Source of the DNA: Terriglobia bacterium
Lineage (GTDB): Bacteria; Acidobacteriota; Terriglobia; UBA7540
Direction: 5' to 3'
Assembly (NCBI GenBank): GCA_049583595.1
Contig: JBAUWE010000166.1
Location: 4,913 to 68,912 of the forward strand
Length of the DNA stretch: 64,000 nucleotides
Every line of letters starts with the position of its first letter. Within the stretch, counting starts at the first letter, position 1. Made by a program: the position numbers and the translations under genes. Below are positions 8,460 to 18,545 of the stretch, piece by piece. The notes under the pieces are model-generated. The model was not told where the DNA came from. It ran no database searches and saw nothing but the letters and a program-made list of their open reading frames with translations.

Positions 8460-10073
8460 TCAGGGCTTGTGGTGTTCGCCCTTTTGGATAAAGGCGGCCA
8501 CGTTGTCGTGCAGTGCTTTCAGTGACGGCAGGTGGGCGTAGACCATGTGTCCGGATTGATAGTGCTTGATTTCGATGTTCTTCTGCAGCCGGACCGGCAT
8601 GGGCAGCTGGCGCATTTCATAGACGCCTTCAAAGAAGGGGGTGGCCAGGTCAAAATAGCCGGAGTTCAACATCACTTTGAGGTCGGGATTATACTTCATG
8701 GCCTGTGCGAGGTCCGTCATCACGTTGGCGGCCTGCGGCACAGGGATAGGCGCGCCGGGAGGCTTGTGGAGGAAGTTCCAGGTGTTCCAGATTTCGATCT
8801 CAGGTTTGTACTGCTTGCCTTCTCCGTACTTCAACTCTTTCCGCACATAGTTGTTGAACGCGGCCACGTAGGCGGCGCTGATGGCCGCCGATTGCGGATC
8901 GTACTCGGCCTCCTTGCTCAGCGGATCGAACGTGGTGCCGGAGAAGCGCGTATCAAGCCGGCCGGTTGTCAGGTCGTCCGAGTCCTGAAGGTTTTTCTCA
9001 AACTCGCCGCCGTTGATGCGCAGGTCCGCCTTTTCGATGTAGGCCACGGGCAGGCCGGTGTACTGGTGCAGCTTTTCGGCGATGGCGTGCTTTTGAGCGG
9101 CTGGAAGCGAGGAGCCTTGTTCCAGCGCCTCGGCGTAATCGGTCATGGCAAAGCGCTCCACTTCTTCCAGCAGCGGCTGCAATTCCCCGGGCGGGTTTGG
9201 CAGTTTGTGGTGATACCAGGCTGTGGCGGCATAGGTGGGCAGCGCCAGCTCATAAGGCAGATCGATGCCGGGGTTGAACTGTGGGCCATCGGGGCTGAGG
9301 TCAAAGTTCAGGATCTGCGACAGCAGAATCACGCCGTTCAGGTCGATATCGTGATCGGTTTCAAGCAGGTTGGCCAGCACCGCCGACCGCGTGGTGCCGT
9401 AGCTTTCGCCAAACAGGTACTTGGGCGAGTTCCACCTGCCGTACTTTGAGAGGAACTGCACGATGAAGTCGGCAAAGGCGTCCGCGTCCTGGTCAACTCC
9501 ATAAAAAGCCTTCTTCGCATTCTTGCCCTGGACGCGGCTGAAGCCGGTCCCCGGCGCGTCCACAAAAACCAGGTCGCTCACGTCCAGCAGGCTGGAATCG
9601 TTGTTCACCACGCGATAGGGCGCCGGCGGCGTGTGCGAATCGTCCGAGGTCACCACGCGCCTGGGCCCGAAAGCGCCCATGTGCAGCCAAACCGAGGAAG
9701 AGCCCGGCCCGCCGTTATAAAGAAAGGTCAGCGGACGGGCATCGCTCTTTTCACCAGACTTGAAATAGGCCACGTAGAACATGCTGGCTTCGGCCGGGTC
9801 ATCTTTGGCGGATTCGTCTGCTTCTTCCGCTGCCTCGCCCGGCTTTTTGGGATGAACGATCAGGGTGCCGGCGTAGGCGTCGTAATTGATCACGTGGCCG
9901 CCCACCGTCACCGAGCCCTGGGTCTCTTTTTGCTGCGGCTTGAACGCTTCGGACTTCGCCGTCTCTGCCTTTTCGGCCGGCTTCTCCACTTTCACCTGGG
10001 CACGGGCTGCAGCAGGCAGCAGTAAAGGAACAATAAATGCGACAGCAACAATTCTTAGAATGAAAGATTTCAC
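8460..10073 (-). CDS. S10-family serine carboxypeptidase, secreted
   Basis: ORF 8460..10079. GTG at 10073 has better spacing from GGAG than GTG at 10079. Signal peptide present. Motifs YNGGPGSSS and GESYGTT are typical of peptidase S10. Confidence 0.85.
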   Translation of the reverse strand: MKSFILRIVAVAFIVPLLLPAAARAQVKVEKPAEKAETAKSEAFKPQQKETQGSVTVGGHVINYDAYAGTLIVHPKKPGEAAEEADESAKDDPAEASMFYVAYFKSGEKSDARPLTFLYNGGPGSSSVWLHMGAFGPRRVVTSDDSHTPPAPYRVVNNDSSLLDVSDLVFVDAPGTGFSRVQGKNAKKAFYGVDQDADAFADFIVQFLSKYGRWNSPKYLFGESYGTTRSAVLANLLETDHDIDLNGVILLSQILNFDLSPDGPQFNPGIDLPYELALPTYAATAWYHHKLPNPPGELQPLLEEVERFAMTDYAEALEQGSSLPAAQKHAIAEKLHQYTGLPVAYIEKADLRINGGEFEKNLQDSDDLTTGRLDTRFSGTTFDPLSKEAEYDPQSAAISAAYVAAFNNYVRKELKYGEGKQYKPEIEIWNTWNFLHKPPGAPIPVPQAANVMTDLAQAMKYNPDLKVMLNSGYFDLATPFFEGVYEMRQLPMPVRLQKNIEIKHYQSGHMVYAHLPSLKALHDNVAAFIQKGEHHKP

Positions 10074-10333
10074 AGTCACTTCTCCGCTGATGAAATAAGG
10101 GGCAGTTCCCCCTCAACTGAAGCAAAAAGGTCAATCTATCACGATTTTGCCTTCGTCGCCTGCGGGAACGGGCGGCGCAGGACAGTGCTGCAACTTTGAG
10201 GCTTGTCATCCGGAAAGGACGGACCGCAGATCAAAGCGGCCAAGCTGGAGCCTGCGTCGAGACTTGTACGACGCGCGCGGTTCAGAAGGGTGTCCCGCCT
10301 TGCGGGATACGACGGTGGGTGAGGGGTCTTTTC

Positions 10334-10356
10334 GTAGCGCCGGGCTTCATCCCGGC
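10334..10356. repeat. REP-like GC-rich hairpin unit
   Basis: GTAGCGCCGGGCTTCATCCCGGC has the same GTAGCGC+hairpin architecture as 1096..1117 and 1371..1394. Intergenic, followed by ATTTTT. Confidence 0.4.
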
Positions 10357-10532
10357 ATTTTTCCTTTCAGGGGAGCGTGGTTTCAGCCACGCCCTAACAA
10401 CACCTGCCCCCGGCGGCTTCAGCCGCTGAAGTGAACCCATGGTGGATGGGTGGCGAATCCCATCGTCTTGTCATGCCGGCGTTTCATCGCGCCCCGGTTC
10501 AGGCATGCATTTTACGGGCCGGCAAGGTCCAC

Positions 10533-10751
10533 CTACCAGATCGCTGCCACAACTGACTTGAATGCGTTGCTGATAATCTCGTAGCCCGGCACGTGCGGGC
10601 CAAAGAACACCATCGCCGACACCGCTGCAATCGCAACCACAAACACGCTCAGTTTGCGGCGTCTCGTGTTCCATTCCTTTTGGTCGTCCAAATCATCCTG
10701 AATGCCACGTATCAACATCAATTCGCCCGATTTTTCCAGTCGTATCGACAT
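10533..10751 (-). CDS. 72-aa single-pass membrane protein, tandem paralog A
   Basis: ORF 10533..10772. ATG at 10751 follows GGAGGGG. MSIRLEKSGELMLIRG, then an acidic linker, one TM helix and the C-terminal ..AIW. About 45 percent identical to paralog B, which lies exactly 350 bp away. Confidence 0.55.
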   Translation of the reverse strand: MSIRLEKSGELMLIRGIQDDLDDQKEWNTRRRKLSVFVVAIAAVSAMVFFGPHVPGYEIISNAFKSVVAAIW

Positions 10752-10882
10752 CGTTCCCCTCCACGTCTTCATGTCGTCCCTGGCGAATTCTCAGGGTCTT
10801 TGCATCCAGGTTGTGGACCCTCTACGGGCACGGGCCGATCTTCGGAGCGTCTTCAAATTGCTCCGCCCGGGTGACGGCCCTC

Positions 10883-11101
10883 TTACCAGATTGCCGTCAG
10901 AACAGACCTGAACGCATGGCTGACTGTTGCCCAGTCCAGCAACGCGTGCGGCCCCATGAAGAGCACTCCGCTCGCCAGCATGATCAGAGCCAGCCACAAA
11001 CCCAGCTGGAGGTATTTGGTCCATTTTCTTGGCTCTTCTGGCTCATCCCTAGTGCCGCGAATCAATATCAGTCCACCCGATCTTTCCAGTCGTATCGCCA
11101 T
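10883..11101 (-). CDS. 72-aa single-pass membrane protein, tandem paralog B
   Basis: ORF 10883..11137. ATG at 11101 follows GGGGAGGG. MAIRLERSGGLILIRG.. with a TM helix and ..AIW. Same length and architecture as paralog A. Confidence 0.55.
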   Translation of the reverse strand: MAIRLERSGGLILIRGTRDEPEEPRKWTKYLQLGLWLALIMLASGVLFMGPHALLDWATVSHAFRSVLTAIW

Positions 11102-11601
11102 TTCCACCCTCCCCTTCCACGTGCGGTTGCGATCCATCCTGCATCAACATTCTCATCAAGGCGTGGAACCTCCGCCGGTACAAGCCGGTCTTCGGAGCGC
11201 CTTCCACGCGCTCCGCACCACGCAACAGCCCGGCGATCATCGAACCCTCAAACCTGCGCACCTGGGGTTTTTCCTTAAGGCTCGTTACTGCAGGCCTTGT
11301 GCGCGTCCCAGCACTCGGAAAGCCCAGGGCGTCGTCTTCTGGCGGAACAGACTCCACCTTCTGGCACCTACTATCATACGTTCGCCCCAAAAAAAAGAAA
11401 TCAGGCGGGAACAGGAAAATCAATCTACAGACACCCGATTCTCTCTAGGGTGTTTCCCGGAGTCAGCAGGCAAAATCGCGCACGCCGCAGACATCCCAAA
11501 CAAATATCCACGCCCTCTCCGAGGAAAGATGGTGGACGCGCATCGCGGCCGGGTGAGGGCGCACGTCTCGAGCAGAGAACTTTCGGGGCATGCCAGGATT
11601 T

Positions 11602-12633
11602 TTATTGTCCGGTTTGCAGGGCGGAGCCTCTCTTCCGCCAGGCCGCGGGAGGTTCACCCACCTGGCGTTTGAAGGCACGGTTGAAGGCGTACTCGGACTC
11701 ATAGCCAACGCGCCCGGCCACTTCCGCCATGTTGTGCCGGCCCTCCGAGAGCAGTTGTTTGGCAAGGTGGATGCGCCAGTTGGTCAGATAGCGCATGGGC
11801 GACTCCCCGATCAGGTCGGTAAACCGGCCGGCCAGTGCTGAACGTGAAACGCCCGCGTCGCGCGCCAGGTTTTCGACGGTCCACGCCCGGGCGGGTTGCG
11901 CGTGCAGCAGATGGATAGCGAGACTGACTTGGGGATCTTTCAGGGCGGCCAGCCAGCCTTTCTGGCCCGGGGCGAGTTCCTGCATGTAGCGCCGCAGGAC
12001 CTCCACGAACATCAACTCCGTCAGCCGGCCCAGCATCAGCTGGCTGCTCGAGCTTTCTGTCTGCGCCTCCCTGGCGAGATAATAAAGCGTAGTATTCAGC
12101 CACATTCCGGCATGGAAAGGAACCGCCCGATCTGAAGACGGATTCGCCGCGCCGGCCGACTCAAAGACCACGCGGCCCTGGCGGTTCCGAATGCACATTA
12201 ATCTTGGAAGGGCGCTGAAGAGCGGCTTGAATCTCTGGTCGCAGTGCAGGTAACCGCACACGAAGCGCGCCACTTCCCCTCCGCCTCCGCCCCTCACCGG
12301 CGGCATTCCCGGCCGGGGGACTTCCGGAACAAGCACCCTCATCGGCGTCGGCTTCAGCGCCAGGTCGCTGCCCATCAGATGCTCGTCGCCCTGGGGAACG
12401 ACAACCACGTCGCCAGCGTCCATCCGCATGGGCGGCTCACCCTTCACCTTCACCCAGCAGGCGCCTTCTACGAGCACATGAAAAATGGTGAAGCACTCGG
12501 CGCTCGGCATAATCACGGACGCAAGGCTTTTCGAGGGTGGGGATTCAATCGCCCACGGAGAGGAAAATTCGGCAACAAAAAACACCGCCCCGGACAGGCG
12601 GACAACCCTCAAGACGTCGGATAGCACGTCCAT
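11602..12633 (-). CDS. AraC-family transcriptional regulator with N-terminal cupin-like domain
   Basis: ORF 11602..12648 opens with TTG. ATG at 12633 gives MDVLSDVLRVV, a typical N-terminus for this subfamily. C-terminal double HTH (SRSALAGRFTDLIGESPMRYLTNWR ... GYESEYAFNRAFKR). Confidence 0.85.
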   Translation of the reverse strand: MDVLSDVLRVVRLSGAVFFVAEFSSPWAIESPPSKSLASVIMPSAECFTIFHVLVEGACWVKVKGEPPMRMDAGDVVVVPQGDEHLMGSDLALKPTPMRVLVPEVPRPGMPPVRGGGGGEVARFVCGYLHCDQRFKPLFSALPRLMCIRNRQGRVVFESAGAANPSSDRAVPFHAGMWLNTTLYYLAREAQTESSSSQLMLGRLTELMFVEVLRRYMQELAPGQKGWLAALKDPQVSLAIHLLHAQPARAWTVENLARDAGVSRSALAGRFTDLIGESPMRYLTNWRIHLAKQLLSEGRHNMAEVAGRVGYESEYAFNRAFKRQVGEPPAAWRKRGSALQTGQ

Positions 12634-12793
12634 CACATTCACCTGCAAGGCTTTACTGCTCTGCGCTGTTCTGGAGCCTCGGACAAGAATCTCAGAGCAC
12701 CGGACATTGTGTCAACTGGAATCTTCGGCCAAACTCGCCTGTATTAACCCTGCTGGGGCGTCAGGAACGGCGGGGTGACAAGAGGAGAACGAA

Positions 12794-13393
12794 ATGAATT
12801 ACAGAATGGAAAAAAATCAGGCGGTCATAGCAAGCCCGGTTGCCCGTCAGCCGGGCGCTGCCGGCATTTCGGCCGGCGTCACGCCCGCAAGCTGGCGCGA
12901 GACGGCAAAGCGCAACTTTATTCTTCAAATGGGATTCGAAGTTCCTGCTCCTGCGGTCCGCGCGCGCCAGTATTCTGCGCTGGTTTTTCAGCCCAAAATC
13001 GTGCTCGTCGCGGTGGTTGCCGGAATCTTTTTCCAGTCGCCGGACGTCTTCGCGGCCCTCGGCGTCGTTCTGTGGTGGAGTGCCCTGTTTCCGAAACTGA
13101 ATCCGATCAGCGCGCTCTACAACCGGACCATCGGCAGGCGGCCGGGAGCGTTTCGTCTTGGCACTGCGCCCATCCCGCGGCGCGCCGCGGAAACGGAGGC
13201 CGGAGCTTTTGCGCTAGCCATCGCGCTGCTGATTCACTCCGGATTCACCCTTGCGGCCGGCGTGCTCCAGGCCATCCTCCTGGCAGCCGTGCTGGGGGTA
13301 ATCATCGCGAGCTTTTGCACCGGGACGTTCATGTATCACCTGGCCCGGGGGCGATGGGGGTTCGTCCGCAAGACCCTGCCGTGGGCAGGCTAA
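12794..13393 (+). CDS. polytopic membrane protein (DUF4395-like)
   Basis: ATG 12794 follows AGAGGAG. About 4 hydrophobic helices. Divergent from the AraC gene. The family name is recalled, not verified. Confidence 0.55.
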   Translation: MNYRMEKNQAVIASPVARQPGAAGISAGVTPASWRETAKRNFILQMGFEVPAPAVRARQYSALVFQPKIVLVAVVAGIFFQSPDVFAALGVVLWWSALFPKLNPISALYNRTIGRRPGAFRLGTAPIPRRAAETEAGAFALAIALLIHSGFTLAAGVLQAILLAAVLGVIIASFCTGTFMYHLARGRWGFVRKTLPWAG

Positions 13394-13459
13394 ATCCGCC
13401 CGCTGAACCGGGACTTCAAAACAACGGGACAAAATCAAATATAAGGAGGCTGCTTATTA

Positions 13460-13737
13460 TGCCAAGGTTTCTTATCGAGGCTCCACATGAACCTGAAAGG
13501 ATGGCCTGCGCTCGCACCGTTAAGATTTTCCTGAACACCGGCTCGCATTTCCTCACCCACGCCGACTGGGGATGCTACGACGGCGAGCACAAGGCCTGGT
13601 TCGTTGCCGAAGTGGAAAACAAAGACGAGGCACGGTCCATCCTGCCTCCGGCGTTTCGCCACGAGGCCAGAATTACGCAGTTAAACTACTTTACCCCGGG
13701 TGAGATCGACGAAATCCTCTCCCACCACGCCGGCTGA
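13460..13737 (+). CDS. hypothetical 92-aa protein
   Basis: ATG 13460 lies 10 nt after AAGGAGG. This is the C-terminal part of ORF 12775..13737; the upstream part overlaps the previous gene in another frame and is not coding. Confidence 0.5.
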
Positions 13738-14197
13738 CCCGGCCCGGCCGATGCAGACCCCGGCCTTCCGGGGTCTGCCCGTTCCCCAAATCCGCCCGGC
13801 GGCTTTGCGCCGCCAGAGGGGAAACGGCCGGCCGAGCCCGCCAGCTTCCAGGCCCGCTTCGCGCCGCCAGGTTCGTTACAAAAACAGGACAGAACAGGAC
13901 AATAACCGGAACCAGCCAGATTGATCTCCGCATCATGGGTGGTTTTATTTATCAGATTCCTGGCGCCGCGCCAACCTGGGAGGTCCTTCAATGCCGCTGG
14001 CACATGAAAGGTTCGGTGGGTTTAAGATTTCCGGGGCCTCGTGCGAGGTCATAAAAACCCCTCACCCGTCCGCGCTCTGGCGGACACCCTCTCCCCTCGG
14101 AGAGGGCTTGGGAAGAATGAAAGACGGCCCGGCACACACCCCTCACCCGGTCCTACCTTGCCGGAACAGCCCGGCATGAACCCCGTAAATCTCCCCG

Positions 14198-17086
14198 CTA
14201 GAAGCTGAACCTCAGGAAGAGATTAATGGAGCGATTGGCTGACTGGTTGTTAAAGAATCCGCCCGCAAGCGAATTGGACTGGCCAAACAGCGGCGACGTG
14301 ATGTTGCCTACGGGTGTTCCCAGGTTCACCTTGTTGAAGGCGTTGTGGGCCATGACGCCCAGTTCAAGCTGGTAACGCCGGTTGCTGCTGGAGCCTCCGA
14401 AACGGGGACCGCCGCCGCCGTCGCTCAGTCCGCGGCCGCCGAGCCCTCCTCCGCCTCGTCCATGGCCATGAAACCCGCCGCCACCGCCGCCGCCAGCCTC
14501 TTTGCCGAAACCGAAGGTCCTGGATAGCCGCGCATTCATGGAGAACTGGCCGGGGCCAGACAGGTAATTGACGGGCACAAGCTGCTGGCCGGAAACGGGA
14601 TCGACGTTAAAGATTCCCAACCCGGTTTGCACACAGGTCGAGCAAAGGGTGGTGGCGAAGGCCGGCCGATCGTTGTAGATCGAGTCCCCGTTCAAGTCCT
14701 GCCCCAGGGTGATGTTATAGGGGCGGCCGGAGCTCAACACCATGAAGGGGCTGAAGCTGAATCCGTAGGGCATGCCGATGGACCCGCCCACGAAAAAGCG
14801 GTTGCGGGTGGCCCACGACGCCGCTCCGTAGCTCTCCGCAAGGTTGTACTGGTTCATGGGGAACGCTCCCCCGCTGGCGTTGGTATTGGCGTAACTCAGC
14901 GTGTAAACGCCGAACAGCGACAGCGAGGGTCCCATGCGGACGCTGAAGTTGGTGATCAGCTGGTTCTCATTGTAGAGTCCGGCGGACTCATACTGGTAAA
15001 TGTTCCCCACGTCTCCGAAAGGCCGAACGCCGCTCGCGGGGTCGGCGGGGTCGTAGGTGCCGGGCAGCGGCGCGTTGATGTTGCGTGTCAGCAGTTGATG
15101 AATCCCATGCGTCGTCACGTAGGTGACGGAGGTCTTGATATTCTTGGTCATCTGCCGTTCCAGCCCCACCGCGCCCTCGATGACGTACGGCGTCTGATAG
15201 TTCGGCGCAATCTGGTAAAGGGTGGGGAATGTGGCAGAACCCGCCAGCATATTCAGAGCCGGAATGTTTCCGGGCAGGAAGTCCGGCGAGTTGACGATGT
15301 ACTGTTGCTGGGTGATGCCGTTCAACTGCTCGGCCTGCAGGATGTTGTCCACCTCAAACCGGTCGTAGAAGATGCCCGCGCCCGCCCGCAGCACGGTCTT
15401 GGGAGCGTTTCCGCCTCCGCCGATCCCCCACGCGAACCCCACGCGCGGCGCGATGTCAAAATGGTCGTTGATGTGGTTCTGCCCTTCGAAACGCAAGCCC
15501 CCCGTCAGCGAAATATTCGGCCGCAGGCGCCACGTGTCCTCGGCATAGAGCGCGAAGTCGATGCGGCTCGCGCTGGCAAGCGGGCTGCCGGCAATGATGG
15601 AGAACTGGCTGGCGCCGCCCCCCCCGGCAATGATCTGCGCCGGAGTCAGGCTCTGCGCGAGGCCCTGGGCATAAATCGAATAGCTGTCAATGCCCGCAAA
15701 TGTGAAGGCTCCGTTATAGCCGCTGGTGGTGTTGACACTCTGGCTGATGTCGCGCACCCGGCCGCCGTAACTCAAGGCGTGTTTGCCCAAGGTCATCGAC
15801 GTCTGGCTCTGCAATTCGTACTGGTTCCCCGTGCTCAATGATGTTCCTTTGTTGCTGCCGCCCCCGGTGAAGGCGCCGATGACGTTCAGGGTCGGGTCGG
15901 TGTTCAGCGGGTTCTGGATATTTTGGGAGCGGCGATACTCGAAGCGGGTCTGGGTGACCGTGCGCGTGCTGATCACCTGCGTGTCACTCACCTGGACCAT
16001 GTTCTCGCTGCCCGTCGAGTTGTAGCCAACTGTTGGAAGCTGGAATTGCCCGATGCCCGCATTCGTATTTTCGTTCGACCAGTGCTGGTAACGGATGGAC
16101 ATCACGTTGTTATTGCTGAGTTGCAGGTCCACGCGCGGGCTGATGTTGGTTCGCGATGAGGGACTGGCGACAGCTTCGTTGAACGAGGTTCCGCCGGGGC
16201 TGAAATTCGCGGCGGGAACAACGGCGTTCACGATGGAGGTGTTGTCCGTGCTCCGGTGAAACATATCGAAAAAGAATGAGGCTTTCTTGCCGATGGGCCC
16301 GCCGAAATTGCCCGAAAACATCTGCGAATGATAGCCCGGCTGGTTCGTCACAAAGGGGTTTCGGGAATTCAGCACCGAGTCGTTGCCGAAAGAAAAGATG
16401 CTGCCGTGATACTTCTGGAAGCCCGGCTTGGTCGTGATGTCGATGCGGCCGTAGCCCAACCGTTCATACGCGGCCGAAAAGGGGTTCTGGTTCACACGCA
16501 CTTCCAGGATGGCCTCTTTGGGCGGCAACTGGCCTCCGGAGAATCCGTCAATATAGATCTGCCCGCCATTCGGTCCCGCCGAAGGCCCGGCAAGTGCCTG
16601 AAGCTCGGCCTGCAAGTCGTCGGGATCATCGGAGAGGGCTTTCAGGTCCTCGCCCTTCAGCACCACGGCGCCGACGTTGTTGTCAGGACTCACGCTGAGC
16701 CCCTGGCTATCGCCCTCTACGGTGACCTGCTGCTTTTCCATGGTCACGGCCAGTTGCGCGTCTACAACCTGCGGATGCCCCGCCGCCACCTGGACGTCCG
16801 CCTTGGTGAAAGTGGCAAACCCCTGGGTGCTGATGGCCACCGAATAGGCGCCGGGCGCAAGATCCTTGAAGGCGTAGCGCCCCTGCTCGTCGGTCTGGGC
16901 CGTTTTTGTTGATTGAGCAGGCCCGGTCAGGGTGACGGTTGCGGCAGGAATGGCCGCACCGGAAGGGTCTGTAACCTGGCCGCTCAGACTGCCGATCCCC
17001 GTCTGCGCAAAAACCGCAGCCGAAATGCAAAAAAACGCCAGCAATGCCCAAAAAGGCCGGCTGAACTTGCCCATTAAGTCAATCAT
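14198..17086 (-). CDS. TonB-dependent receptor, Oar-like (carboxypeptidase-regulatory-like N-domain)
   Basis: 962 aa with a signal peptide. N-terminal GSLSGQVTDPSGAAIPAATVTL motif of the CarboxypepD_reg-like domain, then a long beta-barrel and the terminal ...LFLRFSF. Confidence 0.9.
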   Translation of the reverse strand: MIDLMGKFSRPFWALLAFFCISAAVFAQTGIGSLSGQVTDPSGAAIPAATVTLTGPAQSTKTAQTDEQGRYAFKDLAPGAYSVAISTQGFATFTKADVQVAAGHPQVVDAQLAVTMEKQQVTVEGDSQGLSVSPDNNVGAVVLKGEDLKALSDDPDDLQAELQALAGPSAGPNGGQIYIDGFSGGQLPPKEAILEVRVNQNPFSAAYERLGYGRIDITTKPGFQKYHGSIFSFGNDSVLNSRNPFVTNQPGYHSQMFSGNFGGPIGKKASFFFDMFHRSTDNTSIVNAVVPAANFSPGGTSFNEAVASPSSRTNISPRVDLQLSNNNVMSIRYQHWSNENTNAGIGQFQLPTVGYNSTGSENMVQVSDTQVISTRTVTQTRFEYRRSQNIQNPLNTDPTLNVIGAFTGGGSNKGTSLSTGNQYELQSQTSMTLGKHALSYGGRVRDISQSVNTTSGYNGAFTFAGIDSYSIYAQGLAQSLTPAQIIAGGGGASQFSIIAGSPLASASRIDFALYAEDTWRLRPNISLTGGLRFEGQNHINDHFDIAPRVGFAWGIGGGGNAPKTVLRAGAGIFYDRFEVDNILQAEQLNGITQQQYIVNSPDFLPGNIPALNMLAGSATFPTLYQIAPNYQTPYVIEGAVGLERQMTKNIKTSVTYVTTHGIHQLLTRNINAPLPGTYDPADPASGVRPFGDVGNIYQYESAGLYNENQLITNFSVRMGPSLSLFGVYTLSYANTNASGGAFPMNQYNLAESYGAASWATRNRFFVGGSIGMPYGFSFSPFMVLSSGRPYNITLGQDLNGDSIYNDRPAFATTLCSTCVQTGLGIFNVDPVSGQQLVPVNYLSGPGQFSMNARLSRTFGFGKEAGGGGGGGFHGHGRGGGGLGGRGLSDGGGGPRFGGSSSNRRYQLELGVMAHNAFNKVNLGTPVGNITSPLFGQSNSLAGGFFNNQSANRSINLFLRFSF

Positions 17087-17320
17087 CGTAAGCCTCCACC
17101 ATCTCCGTCTGTCCGTCGTGATACCCGGCCGTTATGGCATGTGCTGATCCGCTTGCGTTGATGAATTACGGCAAGTCGAAACCCGTCATGTCCGTGACGT
17201 CTGAGCCTTTGCTGTCTATCCTGTTCCATGGATCACAACTTCCATCAAAACTGCTCTTTCCGTTGCCTAAGACGGTGCTGCAGGGATGGAGGTTTCCTTC
17301 GGTGTGTTAAATGGATGTAA

Positions 17321-17959
17321 AGACGCCCGCGCCGGCGGCTGGAGAAGAAGCTGGCGGGGATTCCGGGCCGTCTGGCGCAGCTGAAGAAGAGCGGACTGAA
17401 ACGGCGATCGCTGACCGATCCCCAGAGCCGGTTTCTGAAGGAGCGGCGAGGGTACGTGCTGGGCTATACGGTGACGATGGCGGCCAGTGAGGATCATCTG
17501 ATTGTGGAACAGCGGGTGAGCCAGAAGGCCACGGACAACGGCTTGCTGGTTCCGGTGGTGGAAGCGGTGAAGCGGCGCTGCGGAGAGTCGCCGGGACGGG
17601 TCAGTGCGGACAGCGGCTTTTTTGCGCTCGCGGATTTGAAAGTTTTGGAGCAAGAGAAGATCGAGGCTTACGTGCCGGATTCGAACCTGGCGCGGGTGCT
17701 GAACCGGGGCGGGCGATTGCGGTGCCGGGCCACGGACCCGGTGCACCGTCAGATGCGGCGCAAATTGCGCGGCCGGGCTGGAAGGGCGATTTACGGGCGG
17801 CGCAAAGCGCTGATTGAACCGGTGTTCGGAGTGCTGAAAGAGCAACGAGGTCTGAAGCAATTCCGGCGGCGGGGATTGGAGAAAGCGGCGGTGGAGGTGG
17901 CGCTGGCCGCCACCGCCTACAACCTGACGCGGCTTTGGAGCGTCCGACCGGCAGCCTGA
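17321..17959 (+). pseudogene. 5'-truncated IS1182-family (IS4/IS5-like DDE) transposase fragment
   Basis: The open frame runs from the stop at 17318. ..LAQLKKSGLKRRSLTDPQSRFLKERRGYVLGYT..D..VSADSGFF..EAYVPD..YGRRKALIEPVFGVLKEQRGL.QFRRRGL..V..E..L.ATAYNL.RL matches the C-terminal half of IS1182-type transposases. The N-terminal half and a proper start are missing. Confidence 0.7.
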
Positions 17960-18450
17960 ACGCCGGCTAACCAGGTTCCCGAGGAAAAAATCGAGCCTCG
18001 GGATACTGAAAAACTCCAAAGCCCTATCAAATACCGTCCCACCCCCGGCCCTTTGCCCGGCGAAGAGAGTTTCCACACAGACTCTGAAGCCCCTGCACAA
18101 GCCGTCCGATCTCAACGCAGAAACTTCAGCGGCTAAAGCCGGCATTTGCTGCGTTGTTCTACGGCATGCGTAAACTCGTGCCCTTTCACAGGAGCCGGCT
18201 GCGAGATTTCCACGCGCGAATTTGCTTGACTTTTATGGGCTAGCATGGTAGCCTTTTATCATGGTGGCGCCGCTGGCGAGGCCAGGTTGCGCCGCAAGGC
18301 CCGGTCTATCCATTCCGCAGGCTGGAAACAACGTGCTATGAGCTGTAAACTCAATTCCCTGAAGGACGTCCAGGCCCTCCCCAAGGCCGAGGAATCGGCC
18401 ACCCACCTTTTGGAAATTGACGTGCATGGGACAGAAAAACACGATTTTTT

Positions 18451-18545
18451 AAAAACAAAGCCGAGAAGTTGTTGATAATAAATGTTTGCACTGAAAAACA
18501 AACCCAAACAAACCCAAAAACAAAGCCGAGAAGTTGTTGATAATA
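18451..18545. repeat. two perfect 30-bp direct repeats in an AT-rich island
   Basis: AAAAACAAAGCCGAGAAGTTGTTGATAATA occurs at 18451..18480 and 18516..18545. A degenerate third copy starts near 18557. Interspersed AAAAACAAA(C/G)CC tracts. Confidence 0.9.

Noticed and set aside
12775-13459. N-terminal two thirds of the 320-aa ORF 12775..13737
   Set aside because: It overlaps the DUF4395-like gene in another frame and is Arg/Gly/Pro-rich. Only the last 92 codons, which have their own AAGGAGG and ATG at 13460, were accepted.
14087-14106. CCCTCTCC-CCTC-GGAGAGGG hairpin downstream of the TonB-receptor gene
   Set aside because: No adjacent T-tract on the relevant strand. It may be a REP-like hairpin rather than a terminator and is not supportable as a feature.
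14400-14500. Gly-rich run (GGGGGGGFHGHGRGGGGLGG..) near the C-terminus of the TonB-dependent receptor
   Set aside because: It lies in frame within the barrel. It is best explained as a low-complexity surface loop, not a separate element.
17675-17685. GGATTCGAACC, the reverse complement of the tRNA T-loop consensus GGTTCGAATCC
   Set aside because: The flanks do not fold into a cloverleaf: there is a T-stem mismatch and no acceptor or anticodon arms. It also lies inside the transposase-homologous frame, so it is coincidental.
17267-18145. 292-aa minus-strand ORF across the transposase fragment
   Set aside because: Antisense to the frame that shows IS1182-type transposase similarity. Pro/Arg-rich low-complexity translation.
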